64,000 nucleotides of DNA from contig CAWCXJ010000005.1 in the NCBI GenBank assembly GCA_963799485.1, positions 64,001-128,000 of the forward strand. The letters are read 5' to 3'. This document shows positions 51,488 to 64,000 of this stretch, in pieces. Source of the stretch: an uncultured Trueperaceae bacterium (GTDB taxonomy: Bacteria; Deinococcota; Deinococci; Deinococcales; Trueperaceae). The translations under genes were made by a program, and so were the position numbers. Every line of letters begins with the position of its first letter. The stretch's first letter is position 1. Under the pieces are notes generated by a model, which did not search any database, was not told the DNA's origin, and saw only the letters and a list, made by a program, of their open reading frames with translations.

Positions 51488-53617
51488 CTAGCTCGAGAGT
51501 CCTTCTAATACCTCGAGCCGTCCGAGTTCCCTCAAAGACCCGCTGACCTCATCTAGTAGCGCCAGCCGGTTGCGGCGCACGGCGTTGTCGTCTACCATCA
51601 CCAGCACGTTGTCTAAAAAGGCGTCGAGCGGCGCTTTGAGCGCCAAGATGTCGGGCAGACCGGGCAGCGCCGTCAGCTCACGCGCGGGGCCAACGCCCAA
51701 ATCCCACGGCGTCAGCTCTTGCCGCACTGCCGCTAAAAGCTCCTCCAAGGCACCCTTGGCTTCTGGAATCGCGTCGTAAAGGGGCTGCTCGAAGGGGCTC
51801 GAGAAACGCTTGGGGTTGATTTCGGTTTCGCCGCCCAACTGCTTGGCGAGGTTGGCGGCGCGTTTGTAGAGCTGCAGCAGGCTTTCAAACTCCGCTTCCC
51901 GGCTGAGCGTTTCAAGCAGGTGGGCGCGCCTGCTCGCGGTGATGACCGGGGGCGCGTCGGCGGTCACGGCCCGGACGAGCGCCTGTGGGACACCCTCTTG
52001 CTCGAGCAGTCCGGCAACTCTGTCCCAGACGAAAGCCGTGACGTTGGCGACCGTTTCCTCCGTTACGGCGGGCGTGTCGCCTTCGTAAGCGGTCGCGGCG
52101 GCGCTTACGATACTGCTTAAACCGACGCGCCACCCCTGCGCGTTCAGGATGCGGGCGACGGCAACGGCGTCACGGCGCAGCCCGAACGGGTCGGCTGAAC
52201 CCGAAGGCCTTTGACCGAGCGCAAAAAAACCGAGCAGTTTGTCCAGACGGTCGGCGAGTGAGAGCACCGCCCCTACCGCCGAACCGGGCAACGGGCCACC
52301 GGAGTTTACGGGCCGGACGCCGGACTCGAGCGCCTCGGCGACCTCTTGGGCTTGCCCTTCAGCGAGCGCGTAGGCACGTCCGATGACGCCCTCTAACTCC
52401 GGCAACTCGTCAACCATCTGCGTGGCGAGGTCGGCTTTGTAGATCGGCAGCGCCCCGCTCAGCGTCTCTTTTTCGGGGCTGCTCAGCGCCAGCAGGTCGG
52501 CCAGCGCGAGCGCGGCGGTGTGCGTCCGGGCTACCTTGTCGGCCATCGTCCCCAAACCTTTGTGAAAGCCGACGCCGGAGAGCGCCCAGGCGTGTTGCGA
52601 CAACGAGCGGCTGCGGTCGGCGTCCCAAAAAAACTGCGCGTCGGAGAGTCGCGGGTTGAGCGCCCCTTCGTAGCCGCGCCGGACGAGTGCCCGGTCAGGC
52701 ACGTCGTTGTTCGACACCCCGACGAAGTACGGGGCTAACGTCCCGCCCTCCCGGCGCGTCGGAAAAAAGCGCTGATGGTGAATCATGGTGGTCGCCAAGA
52801 CCTCTTCGGGCAGCGACAGGTAGCGCTCGTCGAAGTGACCCAGGACGGCAAAGGGAGCCTCGAGCAAATCCGCCACCTCGCCCAGCAGACCCGGTTCGTT
52901 TAGCAGCGTCAAGCCTTCCGCCCCGGCAGCCGCTTCCGCGGCGCGTAAGGTGGCGGCGCGGCGTTCGTCTTGGTCGGCAATCACCGACGCTCGCCGTAAA
53001 ACCGTTTCGTAATCCGAGGCTTGGGGTAGCTGGGGTGCTCCCTCACTCAAGAAGCGGTGTCCGCGCGTGATGCGGCTCGAGCTGACGCCCGCCACCGAAA
53101 CCGGGATTATGGCGTCGTCTAGCAGCGCGACCAGCCACGCCACCGGGCGCAAAAAGGGCGTCTCGACCTCGCCCCAGCGCATTTTACGCGGCGCGGGCAA
53201 ATCGCGCACGAGCGCTTCCAAGAGGGCCGGGAGCAGCTCAGCCGCGTTCTCGCCGCCGAGCTGTTTACGGACGAAGACGTAGGTTCCCTTGTCGGTTTCC
53301 TGAGTGAACAGTTCGGACGGGTCAACGCCGTTCGCCTTGGCAAAGCCTTCGGCGGCGCGGGTCGGTTTGCCGTCCGCGCCGAACGCGGCGCTCACCGCCG
53401 GGCCGCGCTTCAACTCTTCACGCGCTGTGCTCTGCTCCGAAAGCCCTTCGACCAAGACCGCCAGACGGCGCGGTGTGCCGAAGCTGCGGATTGCGTCAAA
53501 CGTCAACCCTGCCGCTTTGAGCCGTTCACCTGCAAGCCGTGCCAGTCCGGTTCGCCCCGGCGACACGTACCAGCTCGGCAGCTCTTCGGTGCCGATTTCA
53601 AACAGCAAGGTCGCCAT
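51488..53617 (-). CDS. glyS: Glycine-tRNA ligase beta subunit
   Basis: LLFEIGTEELP, TPRRLA, GSADPFGLRR, VRRNRLALL. Confidence 0.97.
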   Translation of the reverse strand: MATLLFEIGTEELPSWYVSPGRTGLARLAGERLKAAGLTFDAIRSFGTPRRLAVLVEGLSEQSTAREELKRGPAVSAAFGADGKPTRAAEGFAKANGVDPSELFTQETDKGTYVFVRKQLGGENAAELLPALLEALVRDLPAPRKMRWGEVETPFLRPVAWLVALLDDAIIPVSVAGVSSSRITRGHRFLSEGAPQLPQASDYETVLRRASVIADQDERRAATLRAAEAAAGAEGLTLLNEPGLLGEVADLLEAPFAVLGHFDERYLSLPEEVLATTMIHHQRFFPTRREGGTLAPYFVGVSNNDVPDRALVRRGYEGALNPRLSDAQFFWDADRSRSLSQHAWALSGVGFHKGLGTMADKVARTHTAALALADLLALSSPEKETLSGALPIYKADLATQMVDELPELEGVIGRAYALAEGQAQEVAEALESGVRPVNSGGPLPGSAVGAVLSLADRLDKLLGFFALGQRPSGSADPFGLRRDAVAVARILNAQGWRVGLSSIVSAAATAYEGDTPAVTEETVANVTAFVWDRVAGLLEQEGVPQALVRAVTADAPPVITASRRAHLLETLSREAEFESLLQLYKRAANLAKQLGGETEINPKRFSSPFEQPLYDAIPEAKGALEELLAAVRQELTPWDLGVGPARELTALPGLPDILALKAPLDAFLDNVLVMVDDNAVRRNRLALLDEVSGSLRELGRLEVLEGLSS

Positions 53618-54486
53618 TACGCCGCCTCCGACTTGCCGACTGTGCCGGAGAGACTCTCGAGATACCGCCGCGCCGTCCCCTCGGAAAGCCGCCGTAAACG
53701 CTGCACGTAGTTTTGCCGCTCCATATGCGACAGCACGCCGCGTGCGTCGAGCAAATTAAAGGCGTGCGAGGCTTTCATCACGAATTCGTAAGCGGGATAG
53801 ATAAGTCCCAGCTCCAAAAGCCGCTGCGCCTCCCCTTCAAACGACCCGAACAGCTCACGCTGCAAAGGCGCATTGACCTGCGTGAAGTTGTAGGTGCAGC
53901 TCTGAATCTCAAAGTCGCGGCGCAGGTCGCCGATGGTCACGCCGGGCGCGTACTCGATGTCGAAGCCGTGCGCAGCCCCCTGCAAATACATCGCTAAACG
54001 TTCTAAGCCGTAGGTCAGCTCGACTGACACGGGCTTCAAATCAACGCCGCCGACCTGCTGAAAGTAGGTGAACTGCGTGACCTCCATCCCGTCCATCTGC
54101 ACCTCCCAGCCGAGGCCCCACGCGCCTAGAGACGGCTGCTCCCAGTTGTCCTCGACGAAACGGATGTCGTGGTCGTGATAATCGATACCGAGGGCGTACA
54201 AGGACTCCAAATAAAGCCCCTGCACGTCACTCGGTGAGGGTTTTAAGACGACCTGATACTGAAAGTAATACTGAAAACGGTACGGATTTTCGCCGTAACG
54301 CCCGTCGGCGGGGCGACGTGAGGGCGCAACATACGCCGCCCGCCACGGCTCCGGGCCGAGCGCCTTGAGAAACGTCGAGGGGTAAAACGTCCCCGCGCCG
54401 ACCTCGGTGTCGTAAGGCTGAACGACCACGCAGCCGCGCTCCGCCCAGTAGCTCGTCAACTTTGAAATCATCTCCTGAAAAACCAT
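53617..54486 (-). CDS. glyQ: Glycine-tRNA ligase alpha subunit
   Basis: [41 protein letters not shown]. Confidence 0.98.
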   Translation of the reverse strand: MVFQEMISKLTSYWAERGCVVVQPYDTEVGAGTFYPSTFLKALGPEPWRAAYVAPSRRPADGRYGENPYRFQYYFQYQVVLKPSPSDVQGLYLESLYALGIDYHDHDIRFVEDNWEQPSLGAWGLGWEVQMDGMEVTQFTYFQQVGGVDLKPVSVELTYGLERLAMYLQGAAHGFDIEYAPGVTIGDLRRDFEIQSCTYNFTQVNAPLQRELFGSFEGEAQRLLELGLIYPAYEFVMKASHAFNLLDARGVLSHMERQNYVQRLRRLSEGTARRYLESLSGTVGKSEAA

Positions 54487-54826
54487 AGCTTACCTTTCGG
54501 CCGAGTTGGGCTCGAGTGTTCCTATAAAATAGCCCTGCAGTAAAACCTGAACCACCTTAGATGAACCCCGTATGAAGGTCTGCTTAAGCACCCGCCCGCG
54601 TCTTGTAAGAAACCTGCGAGAGCAGAGGGGTTAAAATAAAGGGAGGCTCGAGCATAGAGGGTTCACGCAGCTGAAGGGCCGTTCGGCCCGGACGGTGCAG
54701 AACGTAATGGGCGACCTTCCCGGTCTCCCGTTGACCGCGTAGTATAACATTATGAATGATACGTTCTTGCTGCGTTTTAAGAGCACGGGTTATGACGCAG
54801 ACGCCTGAGTTTGAAAGGGGCGACCT

Positions 54827-57031
<2,205 letters not shown>

Positions 57032-57060
57032 GTGCATCTAAAAAGTACGTTTGACGTATA

Positions 57061-57083
57061 GCGGGCCGAATTTCGGCCCGTTT
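57061..57083. terminator. Hairpin terminator after clpC
   Basis: GCGGGCCGAA-t-TTCGGCCCGT-TT. Confidence 0.7.
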
Positions 57084-57306
57084 AGCTTTGGTTACGCTTG
57101 CTACCTAAAACACTCAGCGGGATAGGGATTGAAGCTGCTTTTCTCCTGCGCTTACGAGCGATAGCGCAAACGATATAGTTGTGCGCCAGATTGATATCCC
57201 AGGCAAGCGAAGAAAGATTTGGACGCCGGTTATGAGGGTGGTTTCGACCTAGATAAATACCGATGGGCGAAAGATTGCGACTTCTCACCTCTTGCTATGC
57301 CTGACC

Positions 57307-58608
57307 TCACCCCAACAGCCAAGGCCTAGCCAACACCGCAAACCCCAAGAACGACGCAAACCCCAGCACGTCGGTCACCGTCGTCAGGATGATATTCGAC
57401 GACTGCGCCGGGTCTTGCCCGAGCCGCTCCATGATGATAGGAATCCCGGCCCCGGCAACGCCCGCCACGAGCAGATTGACGGTCATGGCTGAGGCGACGA
57501 CAACCCCGAGCGCGACGTTACCGCTAAAAAGCGACGCGGCGAGTCCGGCGACGACGCCGGTCGCCGCGCCGTTGACCGCACCTACGACGCCTTCTTTGAG
57601 CAGCACCTTGCGTGAACGTCCGATGTCTACGTCTTCCAACGCGAGTGAGCGGAGCATGACCGCTTGCGCCTGTGCGCCTGCGTTTCCGCCCTGACCGGCG
57701 ACGACCGGCAGAAAGGCCGCTAAAATCGTAATCTGCGCGATGATGCCGTCGAACGCACCGACGACCGCCGCCGCCAAAAACGCAGTCAGCAGGTTGACCT
57801 GCATCCACGGCAGGCGTTTGCGAATCGAAAACCCCGCTGAGGACGACGCGTGTTCGTCCGAACCGGCCCCGAACATCTTCTGCGCGTCCTCGAAACCCTC
57901 TTCTTGCAGCTCACTAACGAGCTGCGTCGCCAGGATGACCCCGCGCAAGTGCTCTCTTTCATCGACCACCGGCACTGAAAGGAGGTTGCGCTCCAGGAGC
58001 GCGTCACGTACCTCGTCGAGCGGGTCGTCCGCGTAGACGCGCATGACGTCGGCAACCATGACGCGGGAGAGCGGTGTGCGGGGCAGATTAAGCACGAGGT
58101 CGCGCATCAGCAGGACGCCTTTAAGCGCGCGCACCTCGTCGATAACGTAAACGTAGTTGACCTCACGCCCGACGAGCGCGAGGCGGCGCAAACGCGTCAG
58201 CGCGTCGGCAACCGTCGCACCTTCGCGGAGCGCCACGTAGTCGGGCGACATGATGCTGCCGGCGGTGTCTTCTTCGTAGTCGGCGAGTTCCTCCAACTCT
58301 TCGACGTGTGCGCTCGGCAGCCGGTCTAGCAGCGCTTGCCGTTCGCGTTCGGGCAGATATTCGAAGATGTCGTTGGTGTCTTCAAAAGGCAGTTCACGAA
58401 CGAGCTGCGCGGCCTCTTCGGGGGGCAATTCTTGCAACACGCGGGCGGCAAAATCCGGGGAGAACCACTCGAGCACCGGCGCGCGCAGCTCGCTGTCGAA
58501 ATGCGACAACTCTTCTATCACCTCACGGGGCTCGAGCCGTTCTAAGATGCGGGCCGCCTCGAGTGGGTGCGTTTCGATTAAAGCGCGGGCAAGGTCGTCG
58601 CTGATCAT
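57307..58608 (-). CDS. mgtE: Magnesium transporter MgtE
   Basis: MgtE-N repeats, CBS pair (TAGSIM), GQGGNAGAQ, DPA...TTVTD. Confidence 0.93.
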   Translation of the reverse strand: MISDDLARALIETHPLEAARILERLEPREVIEELSHFDSELRAPVLEWFSPDFAARVLQELPPEEAAQLVRELPFEDTNDIFEYLPERERQALLDRLPSAHVEELEELADYEEDTAGSIMSPDYVALREGATVADALTRLRRLALVGREVNYVYVIDEVRALKGVLLMRDLVLNLPRTPLSRVMVADVMRVYADDPLDEVRDALLERNLLSVPVVDEREHLRGVILATQLVSELQEEGFEDAQKMFGAGSDEHASSSAGFSIRKRLPWMQVNLLTAFLAAAVVGAFDGIIAQITILAAFLPVVAGQGGNAGAQAQAVMLRSLALEDVDIGRSRKVLLKEGVVGAVNGAATGVVAGLAASLFSGNVALGVVVASAMTVNLLVAGVAGAGIPIIMERLGQDPAQSSNIILTTVTDVLGFASFLGFAVLARPWLLG

Positions 58609-58687
58609 GTTCCTATTGTGACCCACGACCGGCCTTTTAAGGTACCGACGCCGCCAGAACCGTAAATACGCTATGCTACAAAACCGC

Positions 58688-59868
58688 ATGTCCAAACACT
58701 CCGACACCTACGCCCACGCGCTCGAGTGGCTTTTCGCCCAGACCCGGGGCGGTGCCCCGCGCGACGCCGAGCGGATGCGGAGGCTGATGGCGAGCCTGGG
58801 GCTGCGCTCACCTCCAAACGTCGTTCACATCGTCGGCACGAACGGCAAGGGCAGCGTGACGGCGATGCTCGCGGCTGCTTACAGCGCCGCCGGCAAGAAG
58901 ACCGGGCGCTTTATCTCACCGCATGTTGAAAGTTTCCGGGAACGTATCTCGGTTGATGGAACGTGGATTGCTGAAGCTGAGGTTCTAGAATTCGTTCAAA
59001 GCCTGCCCGAACTCGACCCCAAACCGGCGTTCTTCGAGCTGACGCTGGCGTTGGCATTAGCCCATTTTGCCCGTAAAGGGGTCGAGATGGCGATTGTTGA
59101 AGCGGGTGTCGGGGCCAAAAACGATGCAACGCGGACCCTAGACCATGTTCGGGCCCTCATCATCACCAACATCGGACGCGACCATCTAGACACGCTCGGC
59201 CCGACCTTGCGAGACGTTGCCGAAGACAAGGCCGACGCCATCCGGCCCGGTGTTCCGACCTTGACCGGGGCGACCGGCGAAGCGTTAGAACTGATTACCG
59301 GAGTTGCCGCGCGGCGGCGTAGCCCACTTTTTTTCAGAACGCCGCAGAGCCCGCTCTTCCGGTTGCCGGAAGGGTTGGTCCCAAGCACACCGACCGTAAC
59401 GCACAATCAGCAGCTGGCAGCGGCAACGTTGCGGCTACAAGGGGTATCTGAGCCTGCCATCTGTCAAGGACTTAGAGCTTTATTGCCTGCAAGGGCCGAA
59501 CGGTTTTTACTAGGAGACAAAGAGGTTCTGCTCGACGGGGGTCACAACCCGGACGCGGCGCGCGCACTGCTGGAGCACACCCGTCCGCCGTTTGTGCTGC
59601 TTTTTGGCGCACTGCCAAAAAAACTCGGTGCGGAAACACTGGCAGTTTTGGAATCTTACGCCGAGCGCGTCATCCTGACGAACGCCGTACCCGGCGAAAC
59701 GAGTTTGCAGACTGGATTTACGTTTTTTCCGGAACCTGAAACGGCACTTCAGGCAGCTTTGACACTTTGTCAGAAAGTGGGCAGGTCGTGATCGCCGGGT
59801 CGTTTTACCTGGCAGGACAACTTAGACCACTACTTTTAGAAACGACAAATGACCCTTGCTCCGGCTGA
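58688..59868 (+). CDS. folC: Folylpolyglutamate/dihydrofolate synthase, frameshifted near 59775
   Basis: HIVGTNGKGS, SPHVESFRERI, DGGHNPDA. The terminal VIAGSFYLAG motif lies in another frame, ending at the TGA at 59868. Confidence 0.9.
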
Positions 59869-60761
59869 TCTGACTTTCTCAGCAGGTTTACGGTTGGAAC
59901 GACGCTGAAATCACAACACTTCACGAAGGCGAAAACCAGACCTACGCCGTAACGACTGCAACGGTAAAATATGTCGTACGGCGCTACCGTAAAAACGGCT
60001 ATACCCCCGCTCAGGTGAACGCCGAACTCGAGTGGTTAAGCGTTGCAAGACGCCGTTCGGGTCGTTCCAGCCTTGAGGACACGCGGCGGAGCGCGTTACG
60101 CCGAAGGAACCAGGCTTTACGCGGCGTTTCCTTACCTCACCGGAGCTGAACCCGACCCGCCGACACCTGAAGCATTTTAGACGTTTGGGACAACTTTTAC
60201 GGCAACTGCACGGTGCGGCGTCGCACGTTTCGGCAACAAAACCTGAACATTGGACAGGCCGTCAAAGGCCGACGTACGACTTGCAAATTGTAGCGGGGGC
60301 GCTCGAGTCCCTGCCTCGAAACATCTCTTTTAGAAGCCGCCGACAAACGGCGTTGTCTAGCTTTGGCAGAGCAGCTGAGGGAGCTTTACGCCTTCTGTAA
60401 CCCCCACAAAAGTTTCGTCCACGCCGACCCTCACTTCGGCAACGTGCTTGTAAACGGTGACGTGTGGACGCTGCTCGACTTTGACGAGTGCGGTTTCGGT
60501 TTCGCCGCGTTCGACCTCGGTACGGTGCGTTTTCACGCTCGAGCGCGGGGACAAGACGAAGGTTGGAAAGCGTTTCTCGCGGGTTACGGCGAACCGCTGC
60601 CCACCGCCCCCGAACTTGAACTCGGTACGGCGATGAGAATCTTTTTTGCGGCGGGCAAACTGCCGCTGCGTCTGGATATTCCTGAAGTGCGAAACCACGC
60701 GGCTGAACTTACGCAAAAGTATCTGACGATGACCGAACACGAACTGACGGGCGCACCGTAA
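59849..60761 (+). pseudogene. APH/homoserine kinase type II-like phosphotransferase with about 3 frameshifts
   Basis: GENQTY..YVVRRYR..AELEWL, LGQLLRQLH, VHADPHFGNVL, LLDFDECGFG..AFDL spread across frames. Confidence 0.85.
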
Positions 60762-60785
60762 AGGTCGCTAGAGGTCTCTGAGGGG

Positions 60786-61544
60786 TCAGCGCCCGCCGGA
60801 AACATCGATAAAGGTTCCGGTAACGTAAGCCGCTTCTTCTGAGAGCAACCAGAGAACGGCGTGAGCGACCTCCCCCGGTTGTCCGCCCCGCCCCAGCGGA
60901 ACCGTTGGCGCAAGCCGGTTTATGCGCGCCGGTTCACCGCCCTGCGCGTGGATGTCGGTATCAATGATGCCCGGTCTGACGCCGCCCACCCGGATACCCT
61001 CCCCCGCGACTTCATGTGCGAGCCCGACCGTCATGGTGTCGAGTGCGCCTTTGCTGGCGGCGTAGTCGATGTATTCCCCCGGCGACCCGGTACGCGCCGC
61101 GACCGACGAGACGTTGACGATTGCGCCCCCCGCGCCGCCGTAACGCCGTGACATTCGCCGCACCGCCTCCCGCGCGCAGAGAAATGCGCCGAAAACGTTG
61201 GTTGAAAAAACGCGCGTCAGGCGGGCCATATCCAGAGCCTCGAGCCGAGTTTGCCGCTCGAGCGTCGCGGCATTATTGACAAGGGCGCGGAGCGTACCGA
61301 AATCGTCCACCGCCGTAAAAAGCCGTAAAACTTCCGCCTCAACCGAAACGTCCGCTTGAACCGCCACGGCGTCCGCCCCGCTCGCTCGCAATTCCGAGAC
61401 GAGCGCGTCGGCCTCCTCGCGCCGTTGCCGATAGTTGAGGCACACCGCGTAACCTCGAGCCGCCGCCAATCGCGCGGTCGCTGCGCCGATACCGCGACCG
61501 CCGCCGGTTATCAGTACCACTTTGCGTTCGGAAGAGACAGTCAT
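60786..61544 (-). CDS. Short-chain dehydrogenase/reductase
   Basis: TGGGRGIG, NNA, YAASKG. Confidence 0.93.
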   Translation of the reverse strand: MTVSSERKVVLITGGGRGIGAATARLAAARGYAVCLNYRQRREEADALVSELRASGADAVAVQADVSVEAEVLRLFTAVDDFGTLRALVNNAATLERQTRLEALDMARLTRVFSTNVFGAFLCAREAVRRMSRRYGGAGGAIVNVSSVAARTGSPGEYIDYAASKGALDTMTVGLAHEVAGEGIRVGGVRPGIIDTDIHAQGGEPARINRLAPTVPLGRGGQPGEVAHAVLWLLSEEAAYVTGTFIDVSGGR

Positions 61545-61553
61545 GTACGCAGT

Positions 61554-62453
61554 TTACCGAGCAGCAGCCAAGATAAGCGCCAGCCGCGCCGCCGCTGCAA
61601 CCGGCTCGGCTTCTACCACCCTGACGGGCGTGTTTAGGTGAGCCTCGAGCCCCTCCCACACCACTTCACTCAGGCGCGTAATTCCCCCGGCAAACGCGAC
61701 GGGTAAAGGTGCGCCCAACCGCCCCTGCACGTCCCGCACAAGCCGCGCAAGTTCAGCCCCAGCCTGTTCCAGAATGGCCTTCGCCATTTTATCTCCGGCA
61801 CGTTCGGCTTCCGCGACTGCCGGGGCCAGCGACGCGACGAACTCGCGGCCTCCCTCGTAGACAACCGGCATAATCTCGGGCCATTCGCGGCTACCAAGTC
61901 GCGCGTAAAAAAGCTCTGCCAACGGTGTTTCAGGCGGTTGACTCGCCGCGTCGAAGAGCCGCAAGAGTGCCCTGAGTCCCTGACGCCCAAGCCAGTACCC
62001 GGCCCCGGCGTCGTCGATGAGGTAGCCGTAACCTCCGGCCCGGACGACCTCACCCGCAAGGGTCTCGTGATAGGCGACGCTGCCCGTCCCCGCGTAAACG
62101 AGGACACCTTCACCCGGCCTGAAAACGCTGGCAAACGCGACGTGCATGTCGTTAGCAAGGAGGGTGCGCTCCGGCGTCAGACCTAAAACGTCTTTTACGG
62201 CGCGGGCCAACAGCTCTGCAGCGACCGTTCGCGGATGCAAGCCGGTAATTCCGGCAACGAGCGCGTCCGGGGCACCAACAGCTTTAGCCGCTGCTAAGAT
62301 GCCGACAAATTGCGCCAGCCGCACGTCGTTTTGGCTGAAAATATGCCCGGTCAGCGGCCCGGTGCGCCCCTGACCCAAAATAGCGCCGCGACTCGAGCGT
62401 AAAAGCCAGCGGGTACTCGAGCCCCCCGCATCAATCCCCAAGCCTACGACCAC
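61554..62453 (-). CDS. BadF/BadG/BcrA/BcrD ATPase family (N-acetylglucosamine kinase-like)
   Basis: GIDAGGSST, AGTGSV, RAGGYGYLIDDAGAGYWLG. Confidence 0.9.
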   Translation of the reverse strand: MVVGLGIDAGGSSTRWLLRSSRGAILGQGRTGPLTGHIFSQNDVRLAQFVGILAAAKAVGAPDALVAGITGLHPRTVAAELLARAVKDVLGLTPERTLLANDMHVAFASVFRPGEGVLVYAGTGSVAYHETLAGEVVRAGGYGYLIDDAGAGYWLGRQGLRALLRLFDAASQPPETPLAELFYARLGSREWPEIMPVVYEGGREFVASLAPAVAEAERAGDKMAKAILEQAGAELARLVRDVQGRLGAPLPVAFAGGITRLSEVVWEGLEAHLNTPVRVVEAEPVAAAARLALILAAAR

Positions 62454-62562
62454 ACGCCCAGCTTATACGGATTTACAAAAATAGGCGAGCACACCGGGGC
62501 GTCCGCCTGGGTACTCGAGCACACTCCCGCCAACGCTCGCCCAAATCTGCTAAACTCTCCGC

Positions 62563-63210
62563 GTGAGTTTGTCCGATTTAGACGTTCGCATCTTGGGTAC
62601 ACTCCTAGAAAAAGAGCGCACTACCCCCGAAAATTACCCGCTTTCTATCAACGCGCTCGTTTTGGCGTGCAATCAAAAGACCAGCCGCGTCCCGGTCACA
62701 GACTACAGCCAACGCGAGGTTGAGACCGCCCTGCAAGGGCTCCGCGACCGGGGTTTGGTCAGCTCGGAACAGGGGATGACCGAACGGGTCGTCAAGCATC
62801 AGCACCGACTCGGTGAGGCGTTCGACCTGAACCAGCAAGACTTCGCCGTTCTCGCCGTCCTGATGCTGCGCGGCCCGCAAACTGCCGGGGAGTTGCGGAG
62901 CCGCACGGAGCGCTACACGACTTTCCCCGATGTATCCGCTGTAGACGCGAGTTTACACCGCCTCGCCGCCTACAAACCGCCCCTGGCCCGCGATGAAGGC
63001 CGTGCCCCCGGTCAGAGTCAGACGCGCTGGACGCATCTGCTCGGCCCCGACCCGGAACGGCTCAAACCGAGAGTACGTCCGGCAGCAGAAGGAGCCGCAC
63101 CCATTCCTAAAACTGAACCGGGAACGCTCGAGTCTCTCCGGCGCGACGTCGAGACGCTTAAGGTGCAGGTCGCCGAGCTTAGAGAACATCTGGGATTCAC
63201 CGGCGATTGA
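62563..63210 (+). CDS. yceH: YceH/DUF480 family protein
   Basis: LLEKERTTPENYPLSINAL..ACNQKTSR.PV, LRGPQTAGELR. Confidence 0.9.
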   Translation: MSLSDLDVRILGTLLEKERTTPENYPLSINALVLACNQKTSRVPVTDYSQREVETALQGLRDRGLVSSEQGMTERVVKHQHRLGEAFDLNQQDFAVLAVLMLRGPQTAGELRSRTERYTTFPDVSAVDASLHRLAAYKPPLARDEGRAPGQSQTRWTHLLGPDPERLKPRVRPAAEGAAPIPKTEPGTLESLRRDVETLKVQVAELREHLGFTGD

Positions 63211-63263
63211 CCCGGCTCTAAGCTGCTGAGGTGGTAGCCTGAACGGACTACAGGAGGCCACAC

Positions 63264-63452
63264 GTGAGGCTCGGATTCTGGGAAATTGTACTGATTGTCA
63301 TCGTTATCGTTTTGCTTTTTAGCGGTAACCGCATCGCGCGGCTGATGGGCGCGTTTCGGCGCTCCAAGACGGAGTATAGCGCGGGGCTCGAGGAACCCGT
63401 AGACGCGGAGTTTAAGGACGTGTCAGAGGAAAAGGTCGAGCAAAAAAGGTAA
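63264..63452 (+). CDS. tatA: Twin-arginine translocase TatA/E family subunit
   Basis: LGFWEIVLIVIVIVLLFSG..IARL amphipathic helix; AGGAGG RBS. Confidence 0.75.
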   Translation: MRLGFWEIVLIVIVIVLLFSGNRIARLMGAFRRSKTEYSAGLEEPVDAEFKDVSEEKVEQKR

Positions 63453-63562
63453 GCAGTTCCGTTTGTGAAGTAGAGACGCTAAAAATCCGTAGCGATGTTT
63501 TGCAAGCTAAACCGCGACAAGGTCACCGGCTAAAGGATTTGCAGTAGCGTTGCCGAGCCACG

Positions 63563-63705
63563 CGAGCGGCGCTAAACTTCCGGCGACGGCGCTGGATTGG
63601 GTCGGGGTAACAGGGCGCAGCAGCACGCCCAAAGCAGGTTTGCGAAACTGCGTCAGGGCTTGCCGGAGGGCGTGGTCGGGAGTGATGAGAGTGGCAAGTT
63701 GTACT
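63563..63705 (-). pseudogene. Diverged fragment of the 5' end of the 46359 aroE-like gene
   Basis: VQLATLITPDHALRQALTQFRKPALGVLLRPVTPTQSSAVAGSLAPL versus MQLVALITPDHALRNALAQFRKPALGVLMHPVTPTEFSAVAGSLAPL. Confidence 0.85.
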
Positions 63706-64000
63706 TGGGGGAGTGCAACTTGAGGCCGAGCGCCAAAGCTAAACATCTGCTGGTTTACGGTCTGTGGTTCATAAAAGCGGTGTTTCGCAGCGTTTCAGGG
63801 TGTGAGCGTACCTGGAGCGTTCCAGGGGCCAAAAAATATGCTACCTTGGTCTTATGTACGCCGCGCCGCACCCATTATTTACGTTTTACGCTTGCGGTTT
63901 TGTGGCACGAACGTCCCTGCACGCCCGCTAACCCACCCAACCTGATACAGTTTTTATATCTTTGCGGCCCCGGAACATCTGCGCCGTAAACTCGTCCGCT

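Noticed and set aside
63597..63989. 130-aa ORF at the right edge
   Set aside because: Partly antisense to the aroE-like fragment, with no motifs or RBS.

Overview
A 64 kb window of GC-rich bacterial chromosome. Gene content points to Deinococcota, probably Truepera-like (inference): a Thermus/Deinococcus-type V/A-ATPase operon G-I-K-E-C-F-A-B-D, a ComZ-like pilus locus, and many apparently leaderless genes. It holds housekeeping genes (hisIE, rph, rdgB, murI, scpB, lepA, rimO, glyQS, clpC, mgtE, folC, tatA), a riboswitch-controlled cobamide salvage operon with a CobQ-CobU fusion, a type IV pilus/competence locus, an Aap-type amino-acid ABC transporter and two decayed IS5-family elements. I found no rRNA, tRNA or CRISPR array. 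Several genes are broken by small indels (cbiZ, major pilin, aapM, folC, a phosphotransferase); these may be assembly errors. The most notable non-genic signals are: (1) the heptamer CCGTAAA/TTTACGG, about 75 copies by hand count, on both strands and forming inverted pairs between convergent genes, like a DNA-uptake sequence; (2) a HIP1-like excess of the palindrome CTCGAG, which also marks the edges of several orphan fragments; (3) a shared 20-bp promoter motif upstream of the pilin gene, the comZ-like gene and the gene at the left edge. All counts are manual and approximate, and no database searches were run.
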